Of a stretch of DNA of 64,000 nt, positions 1 through 10,468 are shown in pieces. Origin of the DNA: an uncultured Gammaproteobacteria bacterium (GTDB taxonomy: Bacteria; Pseudomonadota; Gammaproteobacteria; JABCZS01); the NCBI GenBank assembly GCA_963848305.1, contig CAWKDC010000001.1, positions 1,184,001-1,248,000 on the forward strand, read 5' to 3'. The notes under the pieces are model-generated. The model ran no database searches. It had not been told where the DNA came from and saw nothing but the letters and a program-made list of their open reading frames with translations. Both the position numbers and the translations under genes were made by a program. Positions within the stretch are counted from its first letter, which is position 1. Every line of letters starts with the position of its first letter.

Positions 1-5
1 ATGAA

Positions 6-1991
6 GTGGCCAAAGAACAGGGGGCGTTGAAAGGTAAAACTGTTCAACGGATTGTCTTCAACCAAATCACCAAAGCAGCCGTGTTAGATGCCATAGAACA
101 TCCCCGTGAGTTGTCGATGGATTTGGTTCACTCCCAACAAGCCCGTCGTGCGCTGGATTATCTGGTGGGCTTCAATTTATCCCCCTTGTTGTGGAAAAAA
201 ATTCGCCGCGGTTTATCCGCCGGTCGCGTGCAAAGTCCTGCCTTGCGCATGATTGTCGAGCGGCAAGCTTTGATTGATGCATTTGTGCCTCAAGAATATT
301 GGTCGATCACCGCACACTGTCAAGCTGACAAACAAGCCTTCGAAGCAAAACTCACCTTGTTGGATGGGAAAAAATTTGAACAATTCACGATCACTGATGA
401 AGCGACTGCCAAAAAAGCGCACAAAAAATTAGACGCGCTCGCCAAAGGTCAGCTGACTGTTGTTGGTATTGAGAAAAAACAACGCAAACGCAATCCTGCG
501 GCTCCTTTTATCACATCCACCTTGCAACAAGAAGCTGCCCGCAAATTAGGCTTCACCGCACAACGCACCATGCGTACCGCGCAGCAATTGTATGAAGGGG
601 TTGATGTGGGCAATGGCGTTGAAGGTTTGATCACCTACATGCGTACAGACGCCACGCATTTGGCACCAGAAGCGGTGGCAGAGATTCGTACATTTATTGA
701 AACACGTTACGGCAAAAACAGTGTGCCTGATGAGCCGCGTATTTACAAATCAAAATCCAAAAATGCGCAGGAAGCGCATGAAGCGATACGTCCTACCCAT
801 GTTAACAATGTGCCAGAATCCATCAAAACGCATTTATCAGCGGATCAATTCAAATTGTATCAGTTGATTTGGAAGCGCGCCGTTGCGTGTCAAATGGTGC
901 ATGCAACCATTGACACGGTGGGTGTTGATTTGGCCGCTGATGATAAAAATATTTTCCGTGCGACCGGGTCGACGATTGTGGAGCCTGGTTTTATTGCTGT
1001 TTATCAAGAAGGCGTTGATGATCAAAAACCTGGCGAGGACGAAGAAAAAATATTGCCTGAATTTAAAGAAGGGCAAATCGTTCCTTTAAATAGCATTGAA
1101 CCTACGCAACATTTTACGGAGCCACCACCTGCATATACGGAAGCGAGTTTGGTGAAAGCACTTGAAGAGCACGGCATTGGCCGCCCTTCTACATATGCAT
1201 CCATTATTCATACTTTGCAAGCGCGCGAATATGTGGAGATGGACAAAAAGCGTTTTTTTCCAACGGATGTGGGGAAAGTTGTCAATAAATTTTTAACTGA
1301 ATATTTCACGAATTATGTGGATTATGATTTTACAGCGCACCTTGAAGATGAGCTCGATGCGGTGTCACGCGGTGAAGCACAATGGGTGCCGTTGCTCGAA
1401 AAATTCTGGGGTCCCTTTAAAGCATTGGTGGATGATACTGAAGTCAATGTGAAGCGCAGTGATGTGACGCAAGAAAAATTGGATGAAAAATGCCCGAAAT
1501 GCGGGAAAGATTTATCCATCCGTCTTGGGCGCCGGGGACGTTTCATTGGTTGCGTTGCGTATCCTGAATGTGATTACACGCGCAGCATGGATGGCGAAGA
1601 AACCTCTCAACCCGAAATTTTGGATCGGGACTGTCCTGATTGCGGTAAAAAATTGCAGATCCGACACGGGCGTTTTGGGAAATTCATTGGTTGTACGGGT
1701 TATCCCACATGCAAACACATTGAATCACTCGAAAAACCAGCAGACACGGGCGTGCGTTGCCCAGAGTGTTCTCAAGGCCAAATGGTCTCGCGTAAATCTC
1801 GGTATGGCAAAATATTTTATTCTTGTAGTCGTTATCCAGATTGTAAATTTGCAGTCTGGAATGAACCATTAGATGAACCCTGTCCTAAGTGCGGTTTCTT
1901 GATGATGACGAAAAAAGAAACGAAACGCAAAGGCAAAGAGAAAGTATGCCCGATTAAGAATTGTGGGCATGCGGAGCCGCTGGGGGAATAG
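6..1991 (+). CDS. topA: DNA topoisomerase I (5' end lies outside the window)
   Basis: SAGRVQSPAL, catalytic GLITYMRTD, AQEAHEAIRPT, GIGRPSTYASII and C-terminal C4 zinc ribbons. Confidence 0.98.
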   Translation: MAKEQGALKGKTVQRIVFNQITKAAVLDAIEHPRELSMDLVHSQQARRALDYLVGFNLSPLLWKKIRRGLSAGRVQSPALRMIVERQALIDAFVPQEYWSITAHCQADKQAFEAKLTLLDGKKFEQFTITDEATAKKAHKKLDALAKGQLTVVGIEKKQRKRNPAAPFITSTLQQEAARKLGFTAQRTMRTAQQLYEGVDVGNGVEGLITYMRTDATHLAPEAVAEIRTFIETRYGKNSVPDEPRIYKSKSKNAQEAHEAIRPTHVNNVPESIKTHLSADQFKLYQLIWKRAVACQMVHATIDTVGVDLAADDKNIFRATGSTIVEPGFIAVYQEGVDDQKPGEDEEKILPEFKEGQIVPLNSIEPTQHFTEPPPAYTEASLVKALEEHGIGRPSTYASIIHTLQAREYVEMDKKRFFPTDVGKVVNKFLTEYFTNYVDYDFTAHLEDELDAVSRGEAQWVPLLEKFWGPFKALVDDTEVNVKRSDVTQEKLDEKCPKCGKDLSIRLGRRGRFIGCVAYPECDYTRSMDGEETSQPEILDRDCPDCGKKLQIRHGRFGKFIGCTGYPTCKHIESLEKPADTGVRCPECSQGQMVSRKSRYGKIFYSCSRYPDCKFAVWNEPLDEPCPKCGFLMMTKKETKRKGKEKVCPIKNCGHAEPLGE

Positions 1992-2083
1992 TGCTGTCAG
2001 GTCGCCTCTGACGAGGCTGAAGCATACTCGATTTTTATGCAACAAAACCTTTTCAACGGTGGGAGGCTATATCATTTTGCACT

Positions 2084-3277
2084 TTATTGACTCTCTTCCT
2101 TATCTACCACCGCCGTCACACAAGCATCAGACCAGACATTGATCGCAGTTTCAATCATGTCGAGGAACATATAGAAAGGCAAAATCACGAACATGAGATC
2201 GAGTGGGACATCCATCGTGGTCAATAAAGCCATTGATAAAAAGTAGCAACCCATGGGGACACCAGCATTACCGAATGCGGCCAGTGTGGCAATGAAAATC
2301 CATGCAATCAGTTCTGCCACAGAAAAATGAATACCATTGCTCATCGCCACAAATAACACCGTGATTAAAATAAATGCTGCGCATCCATTCATGTTGATCG
2401 TTGTGCAAATGGGCAAGGAAAAACCAGCGGTTTTTTCAGAAATGCCCATCCGTTCTTTTGCACACTGCAATGTAACAGGTAACGTTGCCGCAGAAGATTT
2501 TGACCAAAAGGCAATGTTCAGTGCTGGGAACATGGATTTTGCCGCAAAGAGTGGCGAAATGCCTTTCATTTTCAACATCAGGGGCAATATGATAAAGGCT
2601 TGAATTAAATTCGCACCCACCACGCAAATCAAATAAACGGCAACATGGGTCAGTTCTTTCATGGAATCCATTTCAACAATGAATTGTGCGATGAAAGCCC
2701 AAATGGCAATGGGAATAAAGTTCAAAATGATTTTTGCAATGGATAACATGGCTGCAAATAAACTGGTGAACAAATCGCTTAATAAATTTTTCTGACGAGA
2801 GGGCAGTGGTAAAATCGCAAAACTCATCAATAATGCCAAAATCAACACGGCAACCACATTGCCCTCACTGAATGGCGTGATTAAATTGGAAGGGATGCTG
2901 CTCAGCAAAAAATCCCAGTAGGTTGTTTCTGGCGTGTAGGCCGGGACAACATTGCTCAAGTCAATCCCCATGTTGACGGGATTGAGGGTTAAGAAAAGTG
3001 CCAATCCGATGCTGGCTGCAGTCACCGTGGTCAGCAGGGTATATTTGAGAACTTTCCCGCCGAGCGACCTTAACTCTGTGATGCTTTGCATCTGCGTGAG
3101 CGTGCCGACTACTGCAAGGAAAATCAGCGGTAAGCTGATGAGTTTTAAGAGATTAACGAAAATGGTCGCCACGGTATTTGCAACAGCCATGATAAATGGA
3201 ATGGGATATAGCCCGGTGAGAACACCCAATACAAGTGCAGCCATCAGTAATATATAGGGTTTTTTTAGGAATGACAC
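2084..3277 (-). CDS. Dicarboxylate/amino acid:cation symporter (DAACS family)
   Basis: Multi-TM protein with SKSSAATLP, TINMNG, GNAGVP and DMIETAINVWSD motifs. Confidence 0.92.
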   Translation of the reverse strand: MSFLKKPYILLMAALVLGVLTGLYPIPFIMAVANTVATIFVNLLKLISLPLIFLAVVGTLTQMQSITELRSLGGKVLKYTLLTTVTAASIGLALFLTLNPVNMGIDLSNVVPAYTPETTYWDFLLSSIPSNLITPFSEGNVVAVLILALLMSFAILPLPSRQKNLLSDLFTSLFAAMLSIAKIILNFIPIAIWAFIAQFIVEMDSMKELTHVAVYLICVVGANLIQAFIILPLMLKMKGISPLFAAKSMFPALNIAFWSKSSAATLPVTLQCAKERMGISEKTAGFSLPICTTINMNGCAAFILITVLFVAMSNGIHFSVAELIAWIFIATLAAFGNAGVPMGCYFLSMALLTTMDVPLDLMFVILPFYMFLDMIETAINVWSDACVTAVVDKEESQ

Positions 3278-3719
3278 AGGGAACTCTCCATTGAATTAAT
3301 GTCCACATTATATACCTCCCCTGCCAGGAAGGCCAATGCCTCATTAGTGGTAGTTCAAATACTATTGAATTTGTGAGCAAACCCACATAAACTACGCGTA
3401 GTATGTTGTCATAAATGAGCATGACCGCGCCCACTTTTATGATAACCTTTATGTTGCTTATGGTGAAAATGATGATCTATGCAGGGTCTACACGACTCCT
3501 TCCGGCAAAAAGCCAACATCGCCAGCTATTTGATCCTCCGCAAAGCGATGCCTGAGCCCTTGAATAGCCCCTATCTTGAAACGTTCAACAAATCGGAGCC
3601 AGAAAACCAAGAAAGACAAATAAACAAGACCCAAGTAACCTTTGCGTGCATACCTGCCTTGCTCGGTGTATAATGTTAAGCCGACATTGAAATGCAGGCA
3701 CTAATAATAAGGAAACAAC

Positions 3720-4088
3720 ATGAAAAAAGTAATCTATGCAGCGGATAATGAATTGCCTATCATCGACTTGGCTTTTCTCGTCGATTTGGTGGGCGGCAAC
3801 GTCGAGTTCGCCCATGAAATGATGGCTATCTTCATCAATGATTTGCCCAATGCGCAGCAACATATCACTGATGCATATGTTCAGAAGGACTGGCAACAGC
3901 TTCGTCACCATCTTCATCGTTTACATGGCAGCCTGTGTTACACGGGCGCGATGCGGCTGAAATCGGTGGCTAGCCAGTTTGAGAAGCGAGTCATAGCAGG
4001 CAACGGTGACTACCGCGAGCTTTATGCGACTCTCATCCACGATATGGAGCTGACGGTTGCCGAGTACCGTAAAATGATGGACGCTTGA
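3720..4088 (+). CDS. Stand-alone histidine phosphotransfer (HPt) protein
   Basis: HRLHGSLCYTGA resembles the BarA/GacS/LetS-type HPt motif; helical; AAGGA RBS. Confidence 0.85.
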   Translation: MKKVIYAADNELPIIDLAFLVDLVGGNVEFAHEMMAIFINDLPNAQQHITDAYVQKDWQQLRHHLHRLHGSLCYTGAMRLKSVASQFEKRVIAGNGDYRELYATLIHDMELTVAEYRKMMDA

Positions 4089-4148
4089 TGGCCTCTTATG
4101 GTATCTTCAAGTACGAAAAGTATAGACAAACAACACGGGGCATGAGCC

Positions 4149-5333
4149 ATGATCAAAGTCTTAAGAAACCTATTAACGCGTGAACTCCTCGGCGGCATGA
4201 TGCTGTTCGCGGCAGCCGTGCTGGCTCTTATGGTGGCTAACTCACCGCTCAAAGCGGCTTACGGCCTTTTGCTGTCGACCTCTTTTGGTGTTTTTTGGGG
4301 TGAGCAATCTCTCGTGAAACCGGTTTTGATGTGGATCAATGACGGCTTGATGGTCATTTTTTTCCTGATGATTGCCCTTGAAGTCAAGCGTGAATGTTTG
4401 GAAGGCGAGTTGTCGACCCCTTCCCAAGTTGCTCTACCTGCGATTGGTGCCTTGGGGGGCATGATTGTGCCGGCACTGATTTACACTTTTTTCAATTATG
4501 GAAACCCTCTTTACAGTCATGGTTGGGCCATTCCAACGGCGACAGACATTGCCTTTGTCTTGGGTGTGCTGGCATTGTTGGGGCCTCGTGTCCCTGCAGG
4601 TTTGAGGATGTTCCTGCTTTCTTTGGCGATTTTCGACGATATTGGCGCCATTATAGTGATTGCACTCTTCTACTCTCATGATTTATCTGTCACCATGCTG
4701 ATCAGTTCACTGATCTGCCTAGCGATATTATTTGCTTTCAATCGATTGGGTGTGCGGAAGCTCACGCCATATATGTTGGTTGGCCTGGTGATGTGGTTAT
4801 TTGTACTGAAGTCGGGTGTGCATGCCACACTGACGGGTGTTGCGTTGGGTTTGATGATCCCCCATAAAGGGGCAAAAGGCCCCGAGGGATTATCACCCTT
4901 GAAGCAGTTAGAGTACGCGCTGCATCCTTATGTAGTCTACTTTATTGTGCCTTTATTTGCATTCGCCAATGCCGGCGTTTCCTTGAGTCACTTGACCGTG
5001 AATGATTTCCACAACACAGTGACTTATGGTGTCACACTCGGATTGTTCTTGGGCAAGCAATTAGGGATCGCGGCTTTTGTCTGGATAGCGATTCAGCTGG
5101 GTTTTGCAAGCCTGCCGCGCCATACCAATTGGCCAGCGATGTACGGCGGATGTATTTTGTGTGGTATTGGGTTCACCATGAGCTTGTTCATCGCGTCATT
5201 GTCATTTGTGCCGGGCACCATGGATGGTTTTGCGGCGGATCGTTTGGGTATTTTTATCGGTTCCCTCATATCGGGCGTGCTCGGCTATTGGATCATTAGC
5301 CGTTGTCACAGTCAGCGCTTCAAAGATCAGTAA
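4149..5333 (+). CDS. nhaA: Na+/H+ antiporter NhaA
   Basis: WINDGLM, GWAIPTATDIAF, LAIFDD, KSGVHAT, GIGFTMSLFI. Confidence 0.97.
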   Translation: MIKVLRNLLTRELLGGMMLFAAAVLALMVANSPLKAAYGLLLSTSFGVFWGEQSLVKPVLMWINDGLMVIFFLMIALEVKRECLEGELSTPSQVALPAIGALGGMIVPALIYTFFNYGNPLYSHGWAIPTATDIAFVLGVLALLGPRVPAGLRMFLLSLAIFDDIGAIIVIALFYSHDLSVTMLISSLICLAILFAFNRLGVRKLTPYMLVGLVMWLFVLKSGVHATLTGVALGLMIPHKGAKGPEGLSPLKQLEYALHPYVVYFIVPLFAFANAGVSLSHLTVNDFHNTVTYGVTLGLFLGKQLGIAAFVWIAIQLGFASLPRHTNWPAMYGGCILCGIGFTMSLFIASLSFVPGTMDGFAADRLGIFIGSLISGVLGYWIISRCHSQRFKDQ

Positions 5334-5416
5334 TATATTCTTCTCGTCATTTCGATGATCTTGTCTATACTCTAGGGTAGACAAGATCACGCCACATACT
5401 GACGCGGAGGGATAAT

Positions 5417-6340
5417 ATGTATCTTGATCACTTTGGATTGAAGGAAGTCCCATTTTCGCTGTCCCCTAACACCCAATATTTTTGCAACTTGCCAGGCCAT
5501 CAAGAGGCTTTCAATGTCATCATGTTTTCTTTGCGCAGCGGAGAAAGCTTGATCAAAGTGACCGGCGAAGTCGGGTCTGGCAAAACATTGATGTGTCGCC
5601 GTTTGATCAATGCCTTGCTCAATGAGCAATATGTGATCGCCTATATCCCCAATCCAGACCTCTCTTCTTCCGGTATTCGCATTGCATTGGCATTGGAATT
5701 GGGGCTTGAAGTGTCTGAAAGTGTTCCAGACCATTTTGTGCTGGAACTGATCACAGATAAACTGATTGATCTGCATCAAGAGGGCAAACGGGTCGTGTTG
5801 CTGATAGATGAAGCCCAATCATTGCCTGATGAAAGTTTAGAAGCCATTCGTTTGATGACGAATCTGGAAACAGAATCTGAGAAATTGCTGCAAATCGTAC
5901 TGTTTGGCCAGCCTGAGCTGGACGTGCGTTTGGGCAGTTATAAATTCCGCCAATTAAAGCAGCGGATTTCATTCGCTTGCAGAATTTCAGCCATTTCCCC
6001 AAGAGATTTGGAGGGGTATTTGTCACATCGTCTTATGGTGGCGGGCCACGCTTGTGGCGGCAACCTTTTCACGAAGAAAGCGCGAAGCATGTTATATGAG
6101 CACAGCCAAGGTATTCCGCGTGTGATCAATACGTTGTCGCATAAGGCCATGCTGGTTTCTTATGGACAAGGACGCAAAGAAGTCGATCATAAGGCGGTGA
6201 AGGCTGCTATTCAAGACAATGATTCTATCACGGAACCTGCCGTTGTCAGCTCGTACCGAGGCGGCATTGTGACCTTGGGGTTGTCAGGTGTTCTGGTGTT
6301 GTTGTTTTTTGTGTATGCCTACTTTAACCAATTTTTTTAA
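5417..6340 (+). CDS. ExeA/MshM-family AAA ATPase
   Basis: MYLDHFGLKEVPFSLSP start, Walker A GEVGSGKT, Walker B IDEAQ, LFGQPEL, GIPRVIN, C-terminal TM helix. Confidence 0.92.
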   Translation: MYLDHFGLKEVPFSLSPNTQYFCNLPGHQEAFNVIMFSLRSGESLIKVTGEVGSGKTLMCRRLINALLNEQYVIAYIPNPDLSSSGIRIALALELGLEVSESVPDHFVLELITDKLIDLHQEGKRVVLLIDEAQSLPDESLEAIRLMTNLETESEKLLQIVLFGQPELDVRLGSYKFRQLKQRISFACRISAISPRDLEGYLSHRLMVAGHACGGNLFTKKARSMLYEHSQGIPRVINTLSHKAMLVSYGQGRKEVDHKAVKAAIQDNDSITEPAVVSSYRGGIVTLGLSGVLVLLFFVYAYFNQFF

Positions 6341-6351
6341 GGGCACTCAAC

Positions 6352-7098
6352 ATGACTTTGATTAATCAAATGCTGAGGGATTTAGAGCAGCAGAAAAAAC
6401 GTTCTCCTGATAATGCAGCAAAAGGGCTCAATGCAACAGGTGACGTTGTGCAGCGCAAACCCGCTGGCCGGCATACTTTTCGAGCATTTAGCATTCTGTC
6501 GGTGGGCGCATTGTTAACCGGTGGTTTTTGGGTTGCCAGGGATATGGATGTTTCCCAGACACTCTCTGCCAGGATGGAGGCATCTGAGTCTAAGGCACCC
6601 AACGTGGTTGCATCAATGCCTGTGCCCGTGGCTCCTGTCACCCCCGTGGCTGAAGTTACTCCTGTCAAAGAGATTGTGCCTTTGGCTGATGTCGTGGCGC
6701 AACCCATGGTCACAGCAGAGCAACAACCACCCGCTGATGAGCCTATACCCTTGGTTGCGCCCAAAAATCCGCCATTAGTGATGGAAGCAATTGATTGGAA
6801 AATCAATAAACAGGCGATGGCGATGCGTTTTCGGTTACCTGCAAAAATCAATTATGAAGTCGTGGTTGATGATAAGAAAAATATTGTCACCTTGACATTC
6901 CCTCATACAGTATTCGGCGGGGATAAACCCCTTATTCTGCTTGAAAATGAGTTTGCCGATAAAGTTGAAAAAATTCAAGATGGGGATTTTTTACAGGTGA
7001 AAGCGTATTTGAAACCCAATATTGCGATTTCGTCAGTGGATTATTCGTTGGATACGAAGAAGCCGACGCTGGTCATGTCGTTATCCCGCAACTATTAG
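6352..7098 (+). CDS. MshN/ExeB-like membrane-anchored protein with Pro/Val linker and a possible AMIN-like C-terminal beta domain
   Basis: MTLINQMLRDLEQ matches the MshN N-terminus; one TM helix; directly follows mshM/exeA; no TPRs evident. Confidence 0.6.
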   Translation: MTLINQMLRDLEQQKKRSPDNAAKGLNATGDVVQRKPAGRHTFRAFSILSVGALLTGGFWVARDMDVSQTLSARMEASESKAPNVVASMPVPVAPVTPVAEVTPVKEIVPLADVVAQPMVTAEQQPPADEPIPLVAPKNPPLVMEAIDWKINKQAMAMRFRLPAKINYEVVVDDKKNIVTLTFPHTVFGGDKPLILLENEFADKVEKIQDGDFLQVKAYLKPNIAISSVDYSLDTKKPTLVMSLSRNY

Positions 7099-7173
7099 AA
7101 CGGTTCTATTTGGCCAATCTCGCGCGCAAATTTCTCGTCGAAATGCTCACATAGGAATACTATGCTGCGCTTT
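7096..7173. repeat. Degenerate palindromic MITE/RPE-like element
   Basis: TAGAAC-G-GTTCTA palindrome at 7096-7108; core AAATGCTCA-CATAG-GAATA-CTATG-CTGCGCTTT resembles Legionella/Rickettsia palindromic repeat cores (from memory). Confidence 0.5.
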
Positions 7174-7218
7174 GTCTCAGATATAACAATTCTAATTGCC
7201 GAACTCGCACCCCAATAC

Positions 7219-7800
7219 TCAGAACACCATCAAGTCAATGGCAAAGGCCTTGAGGGGCATGACGCATAAAATGTTCAGCAGAGATAAGCCAATCATCAGG
7301 GCAATCGGAGACAGATCCAGCCCAGCCACGCGTGGCATGTAGCGTTGTATGCGTTGCAACAGTGGCGCTATCAGCGGATAAATCGCTTGTAAGACCGGGT
7401 TGATGGCGTGGGGAGTGAGCCAACTGGTGACAACCCAAATCAACGTTGAAAAGATATAGATATTCAAGCACAAGCCCAGCGCATCGGCAAATGCAAACAC
7501 CGCGATCCCAAGGGGATTAGGGAACATCATCATGCGCAGGCCAATCAAGAAATATTGGTTGATGAAGCAAAAGACGAGCACGATCAGGATGGATGCCCAA
7601 TCAATCCCATTCCAGCCGGGCACGATACGACGAACAGGCAGTAAAATGGGGTTAGTTATTTTTATAATTGATTGACAGACGGGATTGTAAAAATCCGCCC
7701 GCACCCACTGCAACAAAAAACGCAACAAGAATGTGGTGATGTAGAGTGTAAACAGCGTATCGACTAAAAATTCGATCGCATGCAGTATTGGATTGCCCAT
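7219..7800 (-). CDS. yggT: YggT family membrane protein
   Basis: LLRFLLQWVRADFYNP, GIDWAS, GLDLSP; start at MGNPIL after a GGAGG RBS. Confidence 0.93.
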   Translation of the reverse strand: MGNPILHAIEFLVDTLFTLYITTFLLRFLLQWVRADFYNPVCQSIIKITNPILLPVRRIVPGWNGIDWASILIVLVFCFINQYFLIGLRMMMFPNPLGIAVFAFADALGLCLNIYIFSTLIWVVTSWLTPHAINPVLQAIYPLIAPLLQRIQRYMPRVAGLDLSPIALMIGLSLLNILCVMPLKAFAIDLMVF

Positions 7801-7952
7801 GAATACCCTCCTGGGAACGCATGATACCATACTCGAGGAATAAATAGTTCTCCCGCTTCCTTGAAAAAACCTGTTGAGCAGTATAGTCTTAGGTATGGTA
7901 CTGTGTGTTGTTTTCAGGGAACCGTGGTTAGATTGACACAAGGGAAAGCACA

Positions 7953-8708
7953 ATGATCAAACAAATTCTCATGACAATGGCACTTGCACTCTTGCTGGGA
8001 TGCAATAGCTCACCCTCTGTTAGTTACATCAGTGATTACACCGCAGCGACGGATGACAATCGTGCTGTCTTAGACACGCAAGAGGCTCTAGACACTGACG
8101 ATGTGATTGACACGCTCGCGACCATGCTGGGCAGCCCAGATCAAACCAACACCGTGATTGCATCGAATGTCCGCTTTGTGCACAACATGGAAGAACTGGA
8201 TAACCCCGCTTACAAGCATTACGATATCCGCATCGCTGATAATATACGCATGGATCATGACATGAAAGATGGTTACGTGAAGGAAAGTGCATTTGGGTTG
8301 CGATTCCGTGTCGAAGAAATCAAGGATCAACATCCCCATGCGGTGGTTGCGTTAAACAAAGAGGATAAAGTCATTGCGGTGGCCCTCGATTCATTGGAAG
8401 CGCAAGCCCTCGCCCAGAAAAGCCCTCGCGTTTTCTACGTGTTAAAAGGTCAAACGCTGAAGCACACCATCAACCGTTGGGCTAAACAATCCGATTGGAC
8501 GATGGAATGGGATTTGAAAAGGGATTATACAATGGTGGCACCTGCCACGATATTTGGCGAATTTAGTACCCAAGGTGGCTCGTTGGATCAGCTGCTGGGC
8601 ACCTTACGTCATCTCGATCAACCGCTCAAAGCGCAGTTTACGCGGAATAAATTGGTCGTGATCCGTGAGAATACGTATAACTCGAGCATTATGGCCGTGA
8701 TGCCTTAA
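7953..8708 (+). CDS. Type IVb pilus lipoprotein with C-terminal TcpQ domain (PilL/TcpQ-like)
   Basis: Lipobox LLGC; GQTLKHTINRWAKQSDWTMEW..DY..APATIFGEF is TcpQ-like; first gene of the pilus operon. Confidence 0.75.
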   Translation: MIKQILMTMALALLLGCNSSPSVSYISDYTAATDDNRAVLDTQEALDTDDVIDTLATMLGSPDQTNTVIASNVRFVHNMEELDNPAYKHYDIRIADNIRMDHDMKDGYVKESAFGLRFRVEEIKDQHPHAVVALNKEDKVIAVALDSLEAQALAQKSPRVFYVLKGQTLKHTINRWAKQSDWTMEWDLKRDYTMVAPATIFGEFSTQGGSLDQLLGTLRHLDQPLKAQFTRNKLVVIRENTYNSSIMAVMP

Positions 8709-8723
8709 ACAAGGGAATGCAAC

Positions 8724-10466
8724 ATGAAAAGATTTTTTACTGCGCTACGCCTCAGTGCAACCGTTGCGATTGTTTGTATCCTGGCGGCATGCGATTCAAA
8801 TTTTATCAATACGCAAGAAGAGTTAACACAAAACTCGAATAAGTCTCAAGAGATTTATAACAAGACCAAGGAAATCGACAGTAAGCACTCACTCATTGAG
8901 CACACGGATAGTTACAAGGTGGCTAACGAATCATTTCATATTGCCAAACCCAATGTATTGCCTCCTGTGTTTAACCAAAAAATGATTTATTCCTCTGCAA
9001 GTGAAGAAGCCCTGCCCACTATCCTGTCTGATCTTTATGCGCAAACTGGCGTCAAATTCAAGTTTTCTCCCGATGCCATTGCCTATATGAGTGGCGATAC
9101 TTCTGGTGGTTTCGCACCGCAGACCCAATCTGGGAATGCCGGCGGGTCGACGGAGAAAGGCACCGGGGCAACAGGATTGGAAACAGCTGCGATTGAAATT
9201 GGGGGCAGTGAAATCGTTTCCAGCGTGGGTGTGCTTAATAAAGTGCAATTGAATTTGCAATTCACGGGCACGTTGAAATCATTGATCGAACGATTTGCAT
9301 CTGGCTTCAATATCTATTGGGAATATGATGAAGACAAAAAAACGGTTCAATTTTTCCGTACACAAACCAAAGTGCTGGCGCTCGATGTTTTGCCAGGCCA
9401 AACAACCTTCACGAATGAAATGACTTCTTCCTCGGAAATTGGTGGGTCTGGTGCTGGATCAACAAGTGCCAATTTAAATAGTGGTGCCGTGATGGATGTT
9501 AAATACGAACAGACGGAATACAATACTTGGAAAGACACGGTCACAACGGTGCAAAATATGCTATCTCGCGAAGGGCGTGTGACACCGAATCCGCGTGCAG
9601 GGTTTGTGACAGTGACGGATATTCCTGAGCGACTTGCTAGGATTGAAGATTTTATTAACAAGATTAATGACAAGGCTCGTCGTAAAATTGCGGTGAAAGT
9701 GGATGTGTTCGACGTACTCCTTTCAAATAAAACAGACTATGGTATTAACTGGGATCTCGTTGTTGATGCATTGGGCAGTGAAGTAACGATCAATTCGTTG
9801 ATTGGGGGCAATTCACCGTTGTCAAACTTTGCCACGCCGATTGATACCCTGGTGTATACGCATACGGGCGGTGGCGCATTAAGCACATCGAATGCAATTT
9901 TCAGTGCATTGTCCCAACAGGGTGATACCAGTACGGTAACAGGAACAACAGTTTACACTGTCAATGGTGAACCCGCTCCTGTACAAGTGGTGACGCGTAC
10001 CGACTACATTAAGGAAATCACCTTTTCTGCGTTAACGGTTGATGCGCAGTCAACACAGGTGGCTGTGACACCGGGTACAGTGGTAACGGGTTTCTTCATG
10101 GTCGTGACACCCACGATTTTATCGGATAATCAAATTTTATTGAATTTATCCTTATCATTATCCACGGCGGATACCACAGGCCCTAGCAGAACAGCGGTGA
10201 TTTGTGCTCCAGGTACCACGCAAACAGCGACAACGCCTTGCCCATCCATTACCCTGCCTGAAGTGAAAAGTAAAAACTTCATGGAAAGTGTGACATTGAA
10301 CCCAGGGCAGTCTGTGATTTTATCTGGCTTCCAAGAGCTGGATAATGATGTTGGCGTAGAAAGCGTTGCCGCGCCATCCTTCTGGATGTTCGGCGGTTCG
10401 AAAGCAACCAATACACAGAAGGCGACCACTGTGACTGTCATTACTCCCTACGTGGTAGGAAGGTAA
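8724..10466 (+). CDS. pilN: Type IVb pilus lipoprotein secretin (PilN/BfpB family)
   Basis: Lipobox LAAC; VTVTDIPE, GINWD, NGEPAPVQV, TPGTVVTGF, LNPGQSVILSGF secretin motifs. Confidence 0.92.
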   Translation: MKRFFTALRLSATVAIVCILAACDSNFINTQEELTQNSNKSQEIYNKTKEIDSKHSLIEHTDSYKVANESFHIAKPNVLPPVFNQKMIYSSASEEALPTILSDLYAQTGVKFKFSPDAIAYMSGDTSGGFAPQTQSGNAGGSTEKGTGATGLETAAIEIGGSEIVSSVGVLNKVQLNLQFTGTLKSLIERFASGFNIYWEYDEDKKTVQFFRTQTKVLALDVLPGQTTFTNEMTSSSEIGGSGAGSTSANLNSGAVMDVKYEQTEYNTWKDTVTTVQNMLSREGRVTPNPRAGFVTVTDIPERLARIEDFINKINDKARRKIAVKVDVFDVLLSNKTDYGINWDLVVDALGSEVTINSLIGGNSPLSNFATPIDTLVYTHTGGGALSTSNAIFSALSQQGDTSTVTGTTVYTVNGEPAPVQVVTRTDYIKEITFSALTVDAQSTQVAVTPGTVVTGFFMVVTPTILSDNQILLNLSLSLSTADTTGPSRTAVICAPGTTQTATTPCPSITLPEVKSKNFMESVTLNPGQSVILSGFQELDNDVGVESVAAPSFWMFGGSKATNTQKATTVTVITPYVVGR

Positions 10467-10468
10467 AC

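Noticed and set aside
1992-2070. Weak hairpins after topA (GTCAG..CTGAC) faintly like a palindromic repeat
   Set aside because: Too short and degenerate to call
3479-3673. 64-aa ORF upstream of the HPt gene
   Set aside because: No RBS or motif, and it overlaps the likely HPt promoter (TATAAT at ~3669)
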